A stretch of 64,000 nt of DNA from Oceanispirochaeta sp. (GTDB lineage Bacteria; Spirochaetota; Spirochaetia; DSM-2461): NCBI GenBank assembly GCA_963663385.2, contig CAXXXD010000002.1, positions 192,001 through 256,000 on the forward strand, read 5' to 3'. Below the pieces are notes generated by a model. It searched no databases. It was given only the letters and a program-made list of their open reading frames with translations, and was not told the DNA's origin. Below, piece after piece: positions 1 through 9,518 of the stretch (within the stretch, counting starts at the first letter, position 1; each line of letters begins with the position of its first letter). Made by a program: the position numbers and the translations under genes.

Positions 1-899
1 TCGCCCGTCCCGGCATAGCGGTTCTTCATAATGTAATCGGTAGGTTTGTTATACACAACGCTGTCTTTGGGGATGGAAGAGGTAATCCACACATTACCGC
101 CTATTACGGTGTTGGCCCCTATGGTCGTATTGCCTCCCAGTATGGTGGCTCCCGAATAGATGGTAACGTTATCTTCCAGGGTGGGGTGGCGTTTCTTGTT
201 GGCATTTTCTTTTTTTACACTTAGAGCTCCCAGAGTCACCCCCTGGTAAATCTTTACATTTTTTCCGATTACCGTGGTCTCTCCGATAACAACCCCTGTG
301 GCATGGTCAATAAAAAAGGATTCTCCTATCTCTGCACCGGGGTGAATATCCACGCCGGTTTTTCTGTGAATATGCTCATTCATCATCCGGGGGATCAGGG
401 GAATGTCCATATTAAACAACTCGTGGGCCAGACGATGAACGGTTATGGCTTCCAGGCCGGGGTAGGAGAGGATAACCTCCTCTCTTGAGCGGGCGGCCGG
501 GTCCCCGTCCATGGCGGCTCTTACATCCAGAAGAGTTTTTTCCCTGATTTCCGGCAATTTCTCCAGAAACTCGAAGGTTCGTTTTCTGGCTTCCTCGCCG
601 CACTCTACCGGATTGAAGTCGTCATTTTCCCGGCAGCGGTATTCCAGGCTTTTCCGGATCTCCGCCATCAGACGGCTTCCGACACTTAAAAGTTTCTCCC
701 CCAGGTTGAAGGCCAGGTTCTCTTCCTCCAGCTGTTCATTCTCCTGAAACCCCGGGAAAATAATCGATTCAAGGGTTGTAATAATACCTATTACGCTCTG
801 GCGGGAGGGGAGATTCGGACCGTTCAGGTGATTGATTCCTTCCTTGATCCTGTAGGTTTTCATGATGCTTGTGGTGATGGTTTCGATACGGTTTATCAT
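1..899 (-). CDS. cysE: Serine O-acetyltransferase (3' end runs off the window)
   Basis: Hand translation from ATG 899 gives hexapeptide-repeat motifs GVDIHPGA, FFIDHATGVVIGET and KRHPTLEDNVTIYSGATILGG. ATGA overlap with the patatin stop. Confidence 0.9.
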   Translation of the reverse strand, partial: MINRIETITTSIMKTYRIKEGINHLNGPNLPSRQSVIGIITTLESIIFPGFQENEQLEEENLAFNLGEKLLSVGSRLMAEIRKSLEYRCRENDDFNPVECGEEARKRTFEFLEKLPEIREKTLLDVRAAMDGDPAARSREEVILSYPGLEAITVHRLAHELFNMDIPLIPRMMNEHIHRKTGVDIHPGAEIGESFFIDHATGVVIGETTVIGKNVKIYQGVTLGALSVKKENANKKRHPTLEDNVTIYSGATILGGNTTIGANTVIGGNVWITSSIPKDSVVYNKPTDYIMKNRYAGTG

Positions 900-1762
900 T
901 TTTTTATGGTTCTCCTTAACCTTAAAGGGGTATGTATTGTTCTTCTGATTGATTTCAGATGTTTTTCCGCTATTTCTTCTCCTGCTTTGATAAGTCTGGA
1001 GCTGTCCTCAAAATCAAAACTGGTTGCCTGAAGGGCGCCCATATGAAGGGTAAGAGAGGCCCTGTCCTTTCTCGTTCTCCGCTGGGTCTGACAGGCTGTA
1101 GTAAAACTTCTCAGTATGACGGAAATCCCGTTTTCCAGATTCGCCGATGGAATCCTGCCGTAATATCCTGCATCCACGCCGATGACCCTCCGACGGCCGA
1201 ACTGTCTGGCAATCCATACGGGGTAGTTGTTCTGAACCGAACCATCGCATAACAGCTCTTCCGCCCGCTCCAGAGGGGCGAAAAAACCGGGGTAGGCCAT
1301 AGAGGCGTAGATACCGTCTCCCAGGGATCCGTCATTCATTATCATCTCATGCCCTGTAAGAAGATCGACAGAATTGCAGTAAAAGGGAATCCTTGTATCC
1401 TGAAAGGATTTATTCTGAAACAATTTGTTCAGGTATCCGCGGATTTTCAGTCCGTTATTAATACCCCGCTTCCCAAGCAGATTGCCGAAGGCTTCCTCAG
1501 CCTGGAGAAATTTTGTAATCAGATTGTCAAACGGGATTTTATAGGTAATGCCCTCCAGATAATCGGATATGTCAAAATCCCGGGCGATCTGTTCCATCTC
1601 TTCACTGCTGTATCCGAAGGCCCACAGACCGCCCACAATAGCGCCCATGGAAGTCCCGACGATCATGGAGGGTTTGAGGTTTTCCCGTTCCAGGACTTTA
1701 ATCACCCCCAGATGAGCCAGTCCCAGAGCCCCTCCGCCGGATAAAACCAGTGCCCATTTCAT
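896..1762 (-). CDS. Patatin-like phospholipase (RssA/NTE family)
   Basis: LSGGGALG, GTSMG nucleophile elbow, DGS (DGG-like) motif. Confidence 0.9.
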   Translation of the reverse strand: MKWALVLSGGGALGLAHLGVIKVLERENLKPSMIVGTSMGAIVGGLWAFGYSSEEMEQIARDFDISDYLEGITYKIPFDNLITKFLQAEEAFGNLLGKRGINNGLKIRGYLNKLFQNKSFQDTRIPFYCNSVDLLTGHEMIMNDGSLGDGIYASMAYPGFFAPLERAEELLCDGSVQNNYPVWIARQFGRRRVIGVDAGYYGRIPSANLENGISVILRSFTTACQTQRRTRKDRASLTLHMGALQATSFDFEDSSRLIKAGEEIAEKHLKSIRRTIHTPLRLRRTIKK

Positions 1763-1817
1763 GGCATAACCATAGAATTCGGTTTATTAAAAGTCAAGGT
1801 TTCAGTAAGATGGGGGC

Positions 1818-2927
1818 ATGGACGAATGGAAGGGATTAATGAAGGGAATCTGCCGCACTTCAGAAGGACTGGAGGGGCAGCTGGTTCTTGGAAAGCAGGA
1901 GAAGGCCTGGTTTGAAACGCAGAAGGAGGGGTTATCTTTTCTTATCAATCCCTACTTTCTGGAGCTGGCTAAAACATCCGAAGGAATCAGAAGGCAGTGT
2001 ATCCCCGATGAGGCCGAGTTCCTGCGAACTCCGGATGAGTCGGAGGACCCTCTGGCGGAAGCGCCCCATTCTCCTCTTCCCCGCATGGTCCACCGTTACA
2101 GAAACAGGGTAGCCGTACTGATTACAGATCAGTGCGCCATGCACTGCCGGCACTGTTTCCGCCGGTCTTTTACAGGACAGGATAATCATATCATTAAAAC
2201 TGATGAGATCCGGGCCATAACGGATTATCTGAAAGAACACAGTGAGGTAAAGGAAGTCCTTTTAACCGGGGGAGATCTTCTGACTCTGGATGATGGTCCT
2301 TTAATGGATATCCTCAGGCAATTCCGGGATGTCCGTCCGGATCTTCTGCTCCGCCTGGCGACCAGAATCCCTTCTGTCCTGCCTCAGCGGATTACATCTG
2401 CTTTGACCGAAGCCCTTAAAACGCTGGGGGGGCCTGTCTGGGTGATTACCCAGTTCAATCATCCCGATGAACTGACCGATGAAAGCAGGTTTGCCCTGAA
2501 ACGGCTGAGGGAAAGCGGTTTTCCCGTTATGAATCAGACCGTTCTGCTGAAAGGGATCAACGACCGGGAAGAGCTTCTGGCGGAGCTGTTTCAGAATCTG
2601 CTGGTGGAGGGGGTAAAACCCTACTACCTGTTTCAGGGAGACCTGGCTGTAGGAACCTCCCATTTCAGAACCAGCCTGGAAAGGGGCTGGGAGATTATGC
2701 GGAATCTGAGGCTTATGGTTTCCGGTCTGGCCATGCCTGTCTATGCGGTGGACCTCCCCGGGGGCGGCGGGAAAATCCCCTTAAGCGAACCTTTCCTGGT
2801 GGAAAAATCGGATAGGGGCTATACCTTCCGGAATCCGGAAGGGAAGTTGTATACCTACCCCTCGACCCCTCGACTTCGCTCGGGGATCTCGCAACCGGCC
2901 TCTCCCAGAGGGAGAGGGGAGAAATGA
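1818..2927 (+). CDS. KamA-family radical SAM protein (lysine 2,3-aminomutase-like)
   Basis: HRYRNR, CAMHCRHC, LLTGGD, NQTVLLKGIND, PYYLFQ, DLPGGGGKIP (PLP lysine). Confidence 0.88.
   Translation: MDEWKGLMKGICRTSEGLEGQLVLGKQEKAWFETQKEGLSFLINPYFLELAKTSEGIRRQCIPDEAEFLRTPDESEDPLAEAPHSPLPRMVHRYRNRVAVLITDQCAMHCRHCFRRSFTGQDNHIIKTDEIRAITDYLKEHSEVKEVLLTGGDLLTLDDGPLMDILRQFRDVRPDLLLRLATRIPSVLPQRITSALTEALKTLGGPVWVITQFNHPDELTDESRFALKRLRESGFPVMNQTVLLKGINDREELLAELFQNLLVEGVKPYYLFQGDLAVGTSHFRTSLERGWEIMRNLRLMVSGLAMPVYAVDLPGGGGKIPLSEPFLVEKSDRGYTFRNPEGKLYTYPSTPRLRSGISQPASPRGRGEK
2858..2920. repeat. REP-like double hairpin inside the 3' end of the KamA ORF
   Basis: CCCCTCGA-cttcgc-TCGGGG followed by CCTCTCCC-aga-GGGAGAGG. 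Similar to elements at 24.2, 28.5 and 34.2 kb. Confidence 0.6.
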
Positions 2928-2954
2928 ATCTATAACGAGTTCCAAGGAGACAAT

Positions 2955-3536
2955 ATGAATCAAGATAAAGACGATACAGCTAAGATCCTCTGGAAGGAGA
3001 CCGGAAAACGGGAGACGGTCTGGAAGGGGCCCATCTTTGATGTGGACAGGGTAAACAGGGTCTCCCCGAACGGGGATGAACACCCCTTTGTGGTCTGCCG
3101 CAATCCGGACTGGGTAACGGTTGTACCCGAACTGAAAGAGGGGGGTACAGCAAACTTTCTGATGGTCCGGCAGTTCCGGCACGGGAGCGGCGCCCTGTCC
3201 ATGGAGTTTCCTGCGGGAGTTGTAGATCCCGGTGAAGAACCTTTGACTGCCGCTGTCCGGGAGCTTCGGGAAGAAACAGGTTATACCGCGGAAGAGATGA
3301 TTCTGATCGGACAGATCAATCCCAATCCCGCCATTATGTCCAATACATCCTGGACCTTCCTGGCCCGGGGATTGAAAAAAACAGAAGAGCTGGATCTTGA
3401 TCATAATGAGTATCTGAGCGGATACACAATCAGCAAAGAGGATATTGACCGGGAGATGGGCTTTGGCGAGTTCAACAGCGCCATTATGGTTCAGGTCTGG
3501 TACTGGTATAAGCGGTTTATAGAAAAAAACTCCTGA
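2955..3536 (+). CDS. NUDIX hydrolase (ADP-ribose pyrophosphatase-like)
   Basis: VRQFRH, Nudix box EFPAGVVDPGEEPLTAAVRELREETGY. AAGGAG RBS. Confidence 0.9.
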   Translation: MNQDKDDTAKILWKETGKRETVWKGPIFDVDRVNRVSPNGDEHPFVVCRNPDWVTVVPELKEGGTANFLMVRQFRHGSGALSMEFPAGVVDPGEEPLTAAVRELREETGYTAEEMILIGQINPNPAIMSNTSWTFLARGLKKTEELDLDHNEYLSGYTISKEDIDREMGFGEFNSAIMVQVWYWYKRFIEKNS

Positions 3537-3636
3537 TTTTCGGTTTTTTTACAATTTTTTCCTCAGATTTTGCAGGCCTGATCAGAAAAATCAAAATATG
3601 ATTTAAATCCGCAGGTATTCCTGCACGAGGTTTCAA

Positions 3637-4938
3637 ATGTTACAAACTGAAAACAGCTGCGGAGAATTCCTTCGTGCCAGACAGTATATTCCCGGAGGGG
3701 TGAACTCTCCTGTCCGTTCCTTTAACAGTGTGGGAGGCAGTCCGCTCTATATAGCATCCGGTTCCGGTGCTTATGTGGATGATATAGACGGGAACCGTTA
3801 CCTGGATTTTCTCGGTTCCTGGGGCCCCCTTATACTGGGGCACTCCCATCCCGCTATTGTCCGGGCGGTTAAAGAGGCCTGTGAAAAAGGGATGAGCTTC
3901 GGAGCTCCCACGGTAATCGAAACAGAGCTGGCGGAAAAAATAGTATCCATGGTTCCTTCCGTCGAAATGGTTAGAATGGTTAATTCCGGTACGGAAGCGA
4001 CCATGAGTGCCGTCCGCCTGGCGAGAGGCTATACCGGACGGGATCTGATTATTAAATTCGAGGGCTGTTATCACGGCCATGGCGACAGTTTCCTCATTTC
4101 AGCAGGATCAGGTGCCGCGACCCTCGGCATTCCCGACAGCCCCGGAGTAACCGCCGGAACGGCTGCGGATACGCTGGTTGCCCGCTATAACGACCTTTCT
4201 TCCGTCCGGGAGCTGTTCAGGAAGCATGAAGGGCGGATTGCCGCGGTGATTGTCGAACCTGTGGCCGGTAATATGGGAGTCGTTCCTCCCTGTGAGGGTT
4301 TTCTGGAGGGGCTGAGAGCGATTACTTCAGAAGAGGGGGCGCTGTTTATTCTGGATGAAGTCATGACCGGTTTCAGAGTCGCCCGGGGAGGCGCCCAGGA
4401 ATATTTCGGCATTACTCCCGATCTGACAACATTCGGTAAAATTATCGGAGGAGGGCTTCCTGTAGGGGCTTACGGCGGCAGGAAAGAAATTATGATGCAG
4501 ATAGCGCCGGCCGGCCCTGTGTATCAGGCGGGGACTCTTTCCGGAAATCCTCTGGCCTGTGCTGCAGGACTTGCTGCTCTCAGCGTTATAGACAGTGACA
4601 GCACCTTTTACGAAAAACTGGAGAAACGGTCTGCTCAGCTGGCCGATGGGATGAGGGATAACTGCCGCAGACTGGGTGTCCGCGGGGTACTCAACCGGGT
4701 CGGTTCCATGATGACTTTCTTTTTTACACCCTTAAGCCGTGTTTCCAATTACTATGAAGCGGCTCAGAATCAGGCCGATCTGTACGGAAGATTTTTTCAT
4801 CTGGCTCTGGAAGAGGGGGTGTATTTTGCGCCTTCCGCTTTTGAAGCGGCATTTGTTTCCGGTGTTCACACGGAGGATCATATACAGAAGGCTGTCAGGG
4901 CCCATTACAATGCTTTGAAAAGACTCTCCGTCTTATGA
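3637..4938 (+). CDS. hemL: Glutamate-1-semialdehyde 2,1-aminomutase
   Basis: IPGGVNSPVR, NSGTEATMSA, DEVMTGFR, FGKIIGGGLP, YQAGTLSGNP. Confidence 0.97.
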   Translation: MLQTENSCGEFLRARQYIPGGVNSPVRSFNSVGGSPLYIASGSGAYVDDIDGNRYLDFLGSWGPLILGHSHPAIVRAVKEACEKGMSFGAPTVIETELAEKIVSMVPSVEMVRMVNSGTEATMSAVRLARGYTGRDLIIKFEGCYHGHGDSFLISAGSGAATLGIPDSPGVTAGTAADTLVARYNDLSSVRELFRKHEGRIAAVIVEPVAGNMGVVPPCEGFLEGLRAITSEEGALFILDEVMTGFRVARGGAQEYFGITPDLTTFGKIIGGGLPVGAYGGRKEIMMQIAPAGPVYQAGTLSGNPLACAAGLAALSVIDSDSTFYEKLEKRSAQLADGMRDNCRRLGVRGVLNRVGSMMTFFFTPLSRVSNYYEAAQNQADLYGRFFHLALEEGVYFAPSAFEAAFVSGVHTEDHIQKAVRAHYNALKRLSVL

Positions 4939-6434
4939 GATATGTTCCTGTTGTTAAAAATACCTTTCCTGTCAGCCTGATCCTTGAGGGGAAGTCCTGC
5001 CTGGTCGTAGGAGGGGGAAAGGCTGCCGTCTGGAAAATTGAAAATCTCCTTACCGCCGGAGCCGCCGTTACGGTTATCAGTCCGGAACTGGGCGAACAGG
5101 CCGCCGCATTACATCTGGAGAGCAGATTTACCTGGATTAAGCGATTCTACAGTGAGACCGATCTGGAGGGCTTTTCCCTCGTTTACTGCGCCACCCCCGA
5201 TGCAGACTTGAATCGGTCGATCCTGGAGCAGTGCCGTCAGAAACGGATTCTCTGCTGCCCTGTCGACCGGAACTGGCCTGAAGGGGATTTTATGACTCCC
5301 GCCACCTTCCGCAAGGATGAACTGGCTATTTCCATCTCAACAGGCGGCGCTTCCTGCCGGCGATCCCGGCTGATCAAACAAAGCCTCTCCCGGCATGTGG
5401 ATCTGATTGATTCGGCGGATCTTATACTGATCGGGACCAGCCACAGTTATCTGCCTCTGAAAAAGAGAGAACCCTTCCATCTGGCAGGAAAAAAGCTGGA
5501 TTCTACAGGAAACATGCTGCATCACGTCTGGGGTGTTCATGAATTCCTGATCCTGAATACATGCAACAGGGTTGAGATCCTGGCGGTTGTCTCCAATGAT
5601 TCAAATGTTTACGCTCTGGTTCAGCGGATTTTGGGGTTTGATACTCTGGATAGGGACGAATACTACATCCACCGGGGATGGGATGCTTTTTCCCACTCCT
5701 GCACTTTGATGGCAGGTCTGTTTTCCCAGACGCCCGGCGAAAATCACATTGTTGCCCAGGTCAAAGAAGCTCTGCATATGGCAGTACAGTCATCCTGGGC
5801 CGGCGTGGTTCTGGAAGACTGGATCAGCCGTGCTCTGGGTGTTTCCAAAAAAATCCGCCGGGAATCATCGCCTCTGCTGAAAAACATCGAAATAGAAGAT
5901 GTGGCCGTTGAGTATATTTACCGGACACTCGAAAAAAAACAGGGTTTACGTAAGGCTATGGTTATCGGTACGGGAATTATAGGGACGGGTGTGCTGGAGA
6001 AATTCCTGATACGGAATATCCCTGTCCTCTGGTGCTACCACCGCTATATCCCCGGGATGACTGCTTCCATGAAAGAAAAGGTGGAGCTCTTTTCTCTTGC
6101 GGATCTGAATAAACGGATAGCCGAGTGCGACTGTGCTGTTACGGCTACCGGCAGCTCTGAGTATCTGCTTGATGAAGAACACCTGGAATATTTTCCGGAG
6201 GATAAACAGACCCTCCTGGTAGATCTGTCTCTTCCGCGGAATATTTCTCCCGAACTGAACCGGCCGGAGCAGGGTGTGGAGGTTTTTGATCTGGATGATT
6301 TAAAACACTGGTTCCGCCGGGAAATTGCGGATATGGATCATATTATGGAAGTGAGTCGGAAAATTATTGAGGAGAACAAAGACAGTTATGAAAGAATCTC
6401 AGGCAGCCTTCAAAGCCGGCACCCGCGGCAGTAA
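4935..6434 (+). CDS. hemA: Fusion: precorrin-2 dehydrogenase/chelatase (CysG-N/SirC/Met8-like) plus glutamyl-tRNA reductase
   Basis: N-terminal LVVGGGKAA...ISTGGAS (CysG-N). C-terminal LNTCNRVE, GENHIVAQVK, VIGTGIIG, DLSLPRNI (HemA). Confidence 0.88.
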   Translation: MRYVPVVKNTFPVSLILEGKSCLVVGGGKAAVWKIENLLTAGAAVTVISPELGEQAAALHLESRFTWIKRFYSETDLEGFSLVYCATPDADLNRSILEQCRQKRILCCPVDRNWPEGDFMTPATFRKDELAISISTGGASCRRSRLIKQSLSRHVDLIDSADLILIGTSHSYLPLKKREPFHLAGKKLDSTGNMLHHVWGVHEFLILNTCNRVEILAVVSNDSNVYALVQRILGFDTLDRDEYYIHRGWDAFSHSCTLMAGLFSQTPGENHIVAQVKEALHMAVQSSWAGVVLEDWISRALGVSKKIRRESSPLLKNIEIEDVAVEYIYRTLEKKQGLRKAMVIGTGIIGTGVLEKFLIRNIPVLWCYHRYIPGMTASMKEKVELFSLADLNKRIAECDCAVTATGSSEYLLDEEHLEYFPEDKQTLLVDLSLPRNISPELNRPEQGVEVFDLDDLKHWFRREIADMDHIMEVSRKIIEENKDSYERISGSLQSRHPRQ

Positions 6435-8499
6435 TCTGGCGCTGGTACAGTCCGGAGACGCTCTGGACCGCCTTTCCAATCTGTTTCCCTTTCTGGCCTG
6501 GGAGCAGGTTCCCTTTTCCAGCCCGGGCGACCGGGACCGGAGGATGGATCTGAAAGTCAGTCCGGGCGACTTTTTCTCCCGCGATCTGGATGAAGCCGTT
6601 ATGGAAGCAGCGCTGGACTGCGCCATCCACAGTGCAAAGGACCTTTCCTATCCGCTCCGGGAGGAGCTGGACTGGTTCTGGCTGCCCTGGTCCGAAGATC
6701 CGGAGGATGCTCTTGTCTGCCGGAAGGGAGAGACCCCGGAGGATCTGCCTTCGGATGCCCTGATCGGTGTTTCCAGCGACCGGCGGGAGGAGTACTGCCG
6801 TTCCTTTTTTCCCTCTTTGGGAACCTCTCCCGTCCGGGGAAATATCGAACAGCGCCTGGAGCAGCTGGATGCGGGGCGTTACGATATGCTTATTATGGCA
6901 GCCGCGGCTCTGAACAGACTGGATCTGGAAGACCGGATTACTCAAGTGATCCCCTTAAAGGATCTGCCCGTTCCCGAAGGGCAGGGGATCCTGGCGCTTT
7001 CCTATCGAAGGGGGGATGCCCGATTTAACAGAATCCGGTCCTATTTTGTCAAACCCGTTCAATTTGTCGGTTCCGGGCCCGGCAGCGCGGCTCTCTGTAC
7101 GGTAAAAGGTGTGGAAGCTCTTCAGAACTGTGATATCTGTCTTTATGACTCCCTGGTTGATCCGGCCCTTCTCACACATGTAAAGGGGCGTTCCATTTAT
7201 ACCGGCAAGCGCAGCGGCCGGCACAGTTTCAAACAGGAAACCATTACCGGGATGATCAGTGAATATGCCCGTCAGGGGAAGCGGGTCGTTCGTCTGAAAG
7301 GGGGCGACCCCGGTATTTTCGGACGTCTGGCCGAGGAGGCGGAAGAGCTGGAATCTCTGGGACTGCCCTATGAAGTTATACCGGGAGTGAGCAGCTTGAA
7401 TGCCGCTACCACAGGGACGGGGATGCTCCTCACACGGCGGGAAATCTCCCGGGGGTACACGGTCATCAGCTCCAGAATAAAAGACGGCGGTATTGCCGAT
7501 ACCGAACAGAGTGTCCGCTCGAAACTGCCTATCGTTTTTTTTATGTCCCTGAAAGCTTCCGGTACCGTACTGGCCTCTCTGGTTGAAGAAGGGAGGAGTC
7601 CCGATGAACCGGCGGCTGTCGTATATAACGCCGGGAATCCGGAAGAGGAGGTTGTCCGGGGGACCATAGGGACCCTGGCCGATAAAATAGCCTGTTCGGG
7701 GAATCCCGGCCCCGGCCTGCTGATTGCCGGTGCCGTCACATCCTATGGGTTTGATGGTAATCAGGGGGCCCTGGAAGGAACGCGTGTCCTTCTTACCTGC
7801 AGTGAGAACCTGATGGACCAGGCGGTCCGCCAGGTGGTTCAGCAGGGGGGAAAGCCTGTCAGACGGAGCCTTGTCCGTCTGGAGAGAACCCTGTATCAGT
7901 TGGATCCGGAGCGGTATGACTGGCTGGTTCTGACCTCTCCCTCAGCGGTTCACTTCTGTATGGAGATTCTGAAGGAACAACGGAGTGATCTCAGAAGGCT
8001 CCCGAAGATTATGGTTTGCGGAAAGGCTTCCGGAAAAACCCTGGAGGAGTATGGCCTCTATGCAGACCTCTGCCCTGTTTCCGCTTATGGGGCGGATCAG
8101 TTGATAGCCGCTGCAACTGGCGTTATTAAAACCGGCGACAGGGTTCTGCGGCTTCGTTCCGAAAAAGCTTCCGGAAAAATTACGGAGGCTTTGAAATCCT
8201 GCGGCGCAGAGGTGACCGACCGAATCCTTTATGCCAGCAAAGCGGTTTCCGCAGGAGCTCTGCCCGAGGTGGAGACTGTCTTTTTTGCCAGCACATCTGC
8301 TGTCGAGGCTTATGCTGAACAGTGGGGGCTTCACTCGCTGAAGGGGAAAACCGTTCTTGCCATCGGGGAGCCTACTTTCGAATCTCTGGAAAGCCGGGGG
8401 GTGTCGCCTATCCTTAAAGCCCATGAGGCCACCATACCCGGAGCTATCCGTACTCTGGCCCTTTATCAGATAAAAAACCGATTGGAGGCGCTGATATGA
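6388..8499 (+). CDS. hemC-cobA-hemD: Triple fusion: hydroxymethylbilane synthase (domains 1-2), uroporphyrinogen-III C-methyltransferase, uroporphyrinogen-III synthase
   Basis: GTRGSNLA, HSAKDL, SSDRR, RGNIEQRL, GQGILAL (HemC); VGSGPG, RLKGGDPGIFGR, IPGVSS (CobA); LVLTSPSAV, FASTSAV, AIGEPT (HemD). ATG 6388 preferred over TTG 6367. Confidence 0.9.
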   Translation: MKESQAAFKAGTRGSNLALVQSGDALDRLSNLFPFLAWEQVPFSSPGDRDRRMDLKVSPGDFFSRDLDEAVMEAALDCAIHSAKDLSYPLREELDWFWLPWSEDPEDALVCRKGETPEDLPSDALIGVSSDRREEYCRSFFPSLGTSPVRGNIEQRLEQLDAGRYDMLIMAAAALNRLDLEDRITQVIPLKDLPVPEGQGILALSYRRGDARFNRIRSYFVKPVQFVGSGPGSAALCTVKGVEALQNCDICLYDSLVDPALLTHVKGRSIYTGKRSGRHSFKQETITGMISEYARQGKRVVRLKGGDPGIFGRLAEEAEELESLGLPYEVIPGVSSLNAATTGTGMLLTRREISRGYTVISSRIKDGGIADTEQSVRSKLPIVFFMSLKASGTVLASLVEEGRSPDEPAAVVYNAGNPEEEVVRGTIGTLADKIACSGNPGPGLLIAGAVTSYGFDGNQGALEGTRVLLTCSENLMDQAVRQVVQQGGKPVRRSLVRLERTLYQLDPERYDWLVLTSPSAVHFCMEILKEQRSDLRRLPKIMVCGKASGKTLEEYGLYADLCPVSAYGADQLIAAATGVIKTGDRVLRLRSEKASGKITEALKSCGAEVTDRILYASKAVSAGALPEVETVFFASTSAVEAYAEQWGLHSLKGKTVLAIGEPTFESLESRGVSPILKAHEATIPGAIRTLALYQIKNRLEALI

Positions 8500-9518
8500 A
8501 CCGATACCCTGATGTCAGACTGAGACGACTGAGAAAAACTCCATCAGTCAGAAGACTTTTTGACAGTCCCCTGCCGGGACCCGAGAAGTTTATCTGGCCC
8601 CTTTTTGTTGCGGAGGGAACCGGGAAAAGGGAGGCCATTGATGCCATGCCCGGTCAGTTCCGGCTCAGTACGGATAAAATATGCCGGGAAGTGGAAGCTT
8701 CTGTGAATCAGGGGCTCGGCGGTGTTCTCCTTTTCGGTTTAACAGAACAGGAGAATAAGGACCCCGTCGGAACCGGAGCCTGTGATGATCACGGAGCTGT
8801 TCAGGATGCTGTAAGAGTTCTGAAAAAAGAGTTTCCCCATCTGGTGGTTATGACGGATGTCTGCCTCTGTGCCTATACCTCTCATGGACATTGCGGTCCT
8901 TTAAATCCGGAAGGGGATGTGGACAATGATCTGACCCTGCCCCGGCTGGCGCAAACCGCCTTGTCCCATGTACGGGCCGGGGCGGACGGCGTGGCTCCCA
9001 GCGCCATGATGGACGGACAGGTACAGGCTATCCGCAGAGCACTGGATGAAGGCGGGTATCAGGATACCCTACTGATGAGCTATTCCACAAAATTCGCCTC
9101 TTCCCTGTACGGCCCTTTTCGCGAAGCGGAGCAGTCCGCTCCGGGAAAGGGCGACCGTCAGGGGTATCAGCAGTCCTATCGGGACCCCAGGCAGGCTATC
9201 CGGGAATCCCTGTTTGATGAAGACGAAGGCGCGGATATCCTGATGGTGAAGCCGGCTCTCTTTTACCTGGACATTCTTTCGAAACTGCGGGAGCAGACCG
9301 ACCTGCCTCTGGCCGCCTACAATGTCAGCGGGGAGTATTCCATGATTCATGCCGCTGCGGACAGGGGCTGGGGCGACTTGAGGGCCATGGCCCGGGAGTC
9401 GATTTGTGCCATATCAAGGGCGGGAGCGGATCTGATTATATCCTACTGGGCAAACCGGTATAAAGATTTGTTTCTGGACTCTTCATTTCATCCTTATGAA
9501 CTGATCAATTGTATATAA
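8496..9518 (+). CDS. hemB: Porphobilinogen synthase (Cys-liganded Zn type)
   Basis: RLRRLR, DVCLCAYTSHGHCG, APSAMMDG, YSTKFASSLYGPFREA, MVKPA, YNVSGEY. Confidence 0.97.
   Translation: MNRYPDVRLRRLRKTPSVRRLFDSPLPGPEKFIWPLFVAEGTGKREAIDAMPGQFRLSTDKICREVEASVNQGLGGVLLFGLTEQENKDPVGTGACDDHGAVQDAVRVLKKEFPHLVVMTDVCLCAYTSHGHCGPLNPEGDVDNDLTLPRLAQTALSHVRAGADGVAPSAMMDGQVQAIRRALDEGGYQDTLLMSYSTKFASSLYGPFREAEQSAPGKGDRQGYQQSYRDPRQAIRESLFDEDEGADILMVKPALFYLDILSKLREQTDLPLAAYNVSGEYSMIHAAADRGWGDLRAMARESICAISRAGADLIISYWANRYKDLFLDSSFHPYELINCI

Noticed and set aside
1818..2927. Specific call as kamA or epmB
   Set aside because: No efp/epmA, ablB or lysine-fermentation genes adjacent; substrate cannot be determined by eye.
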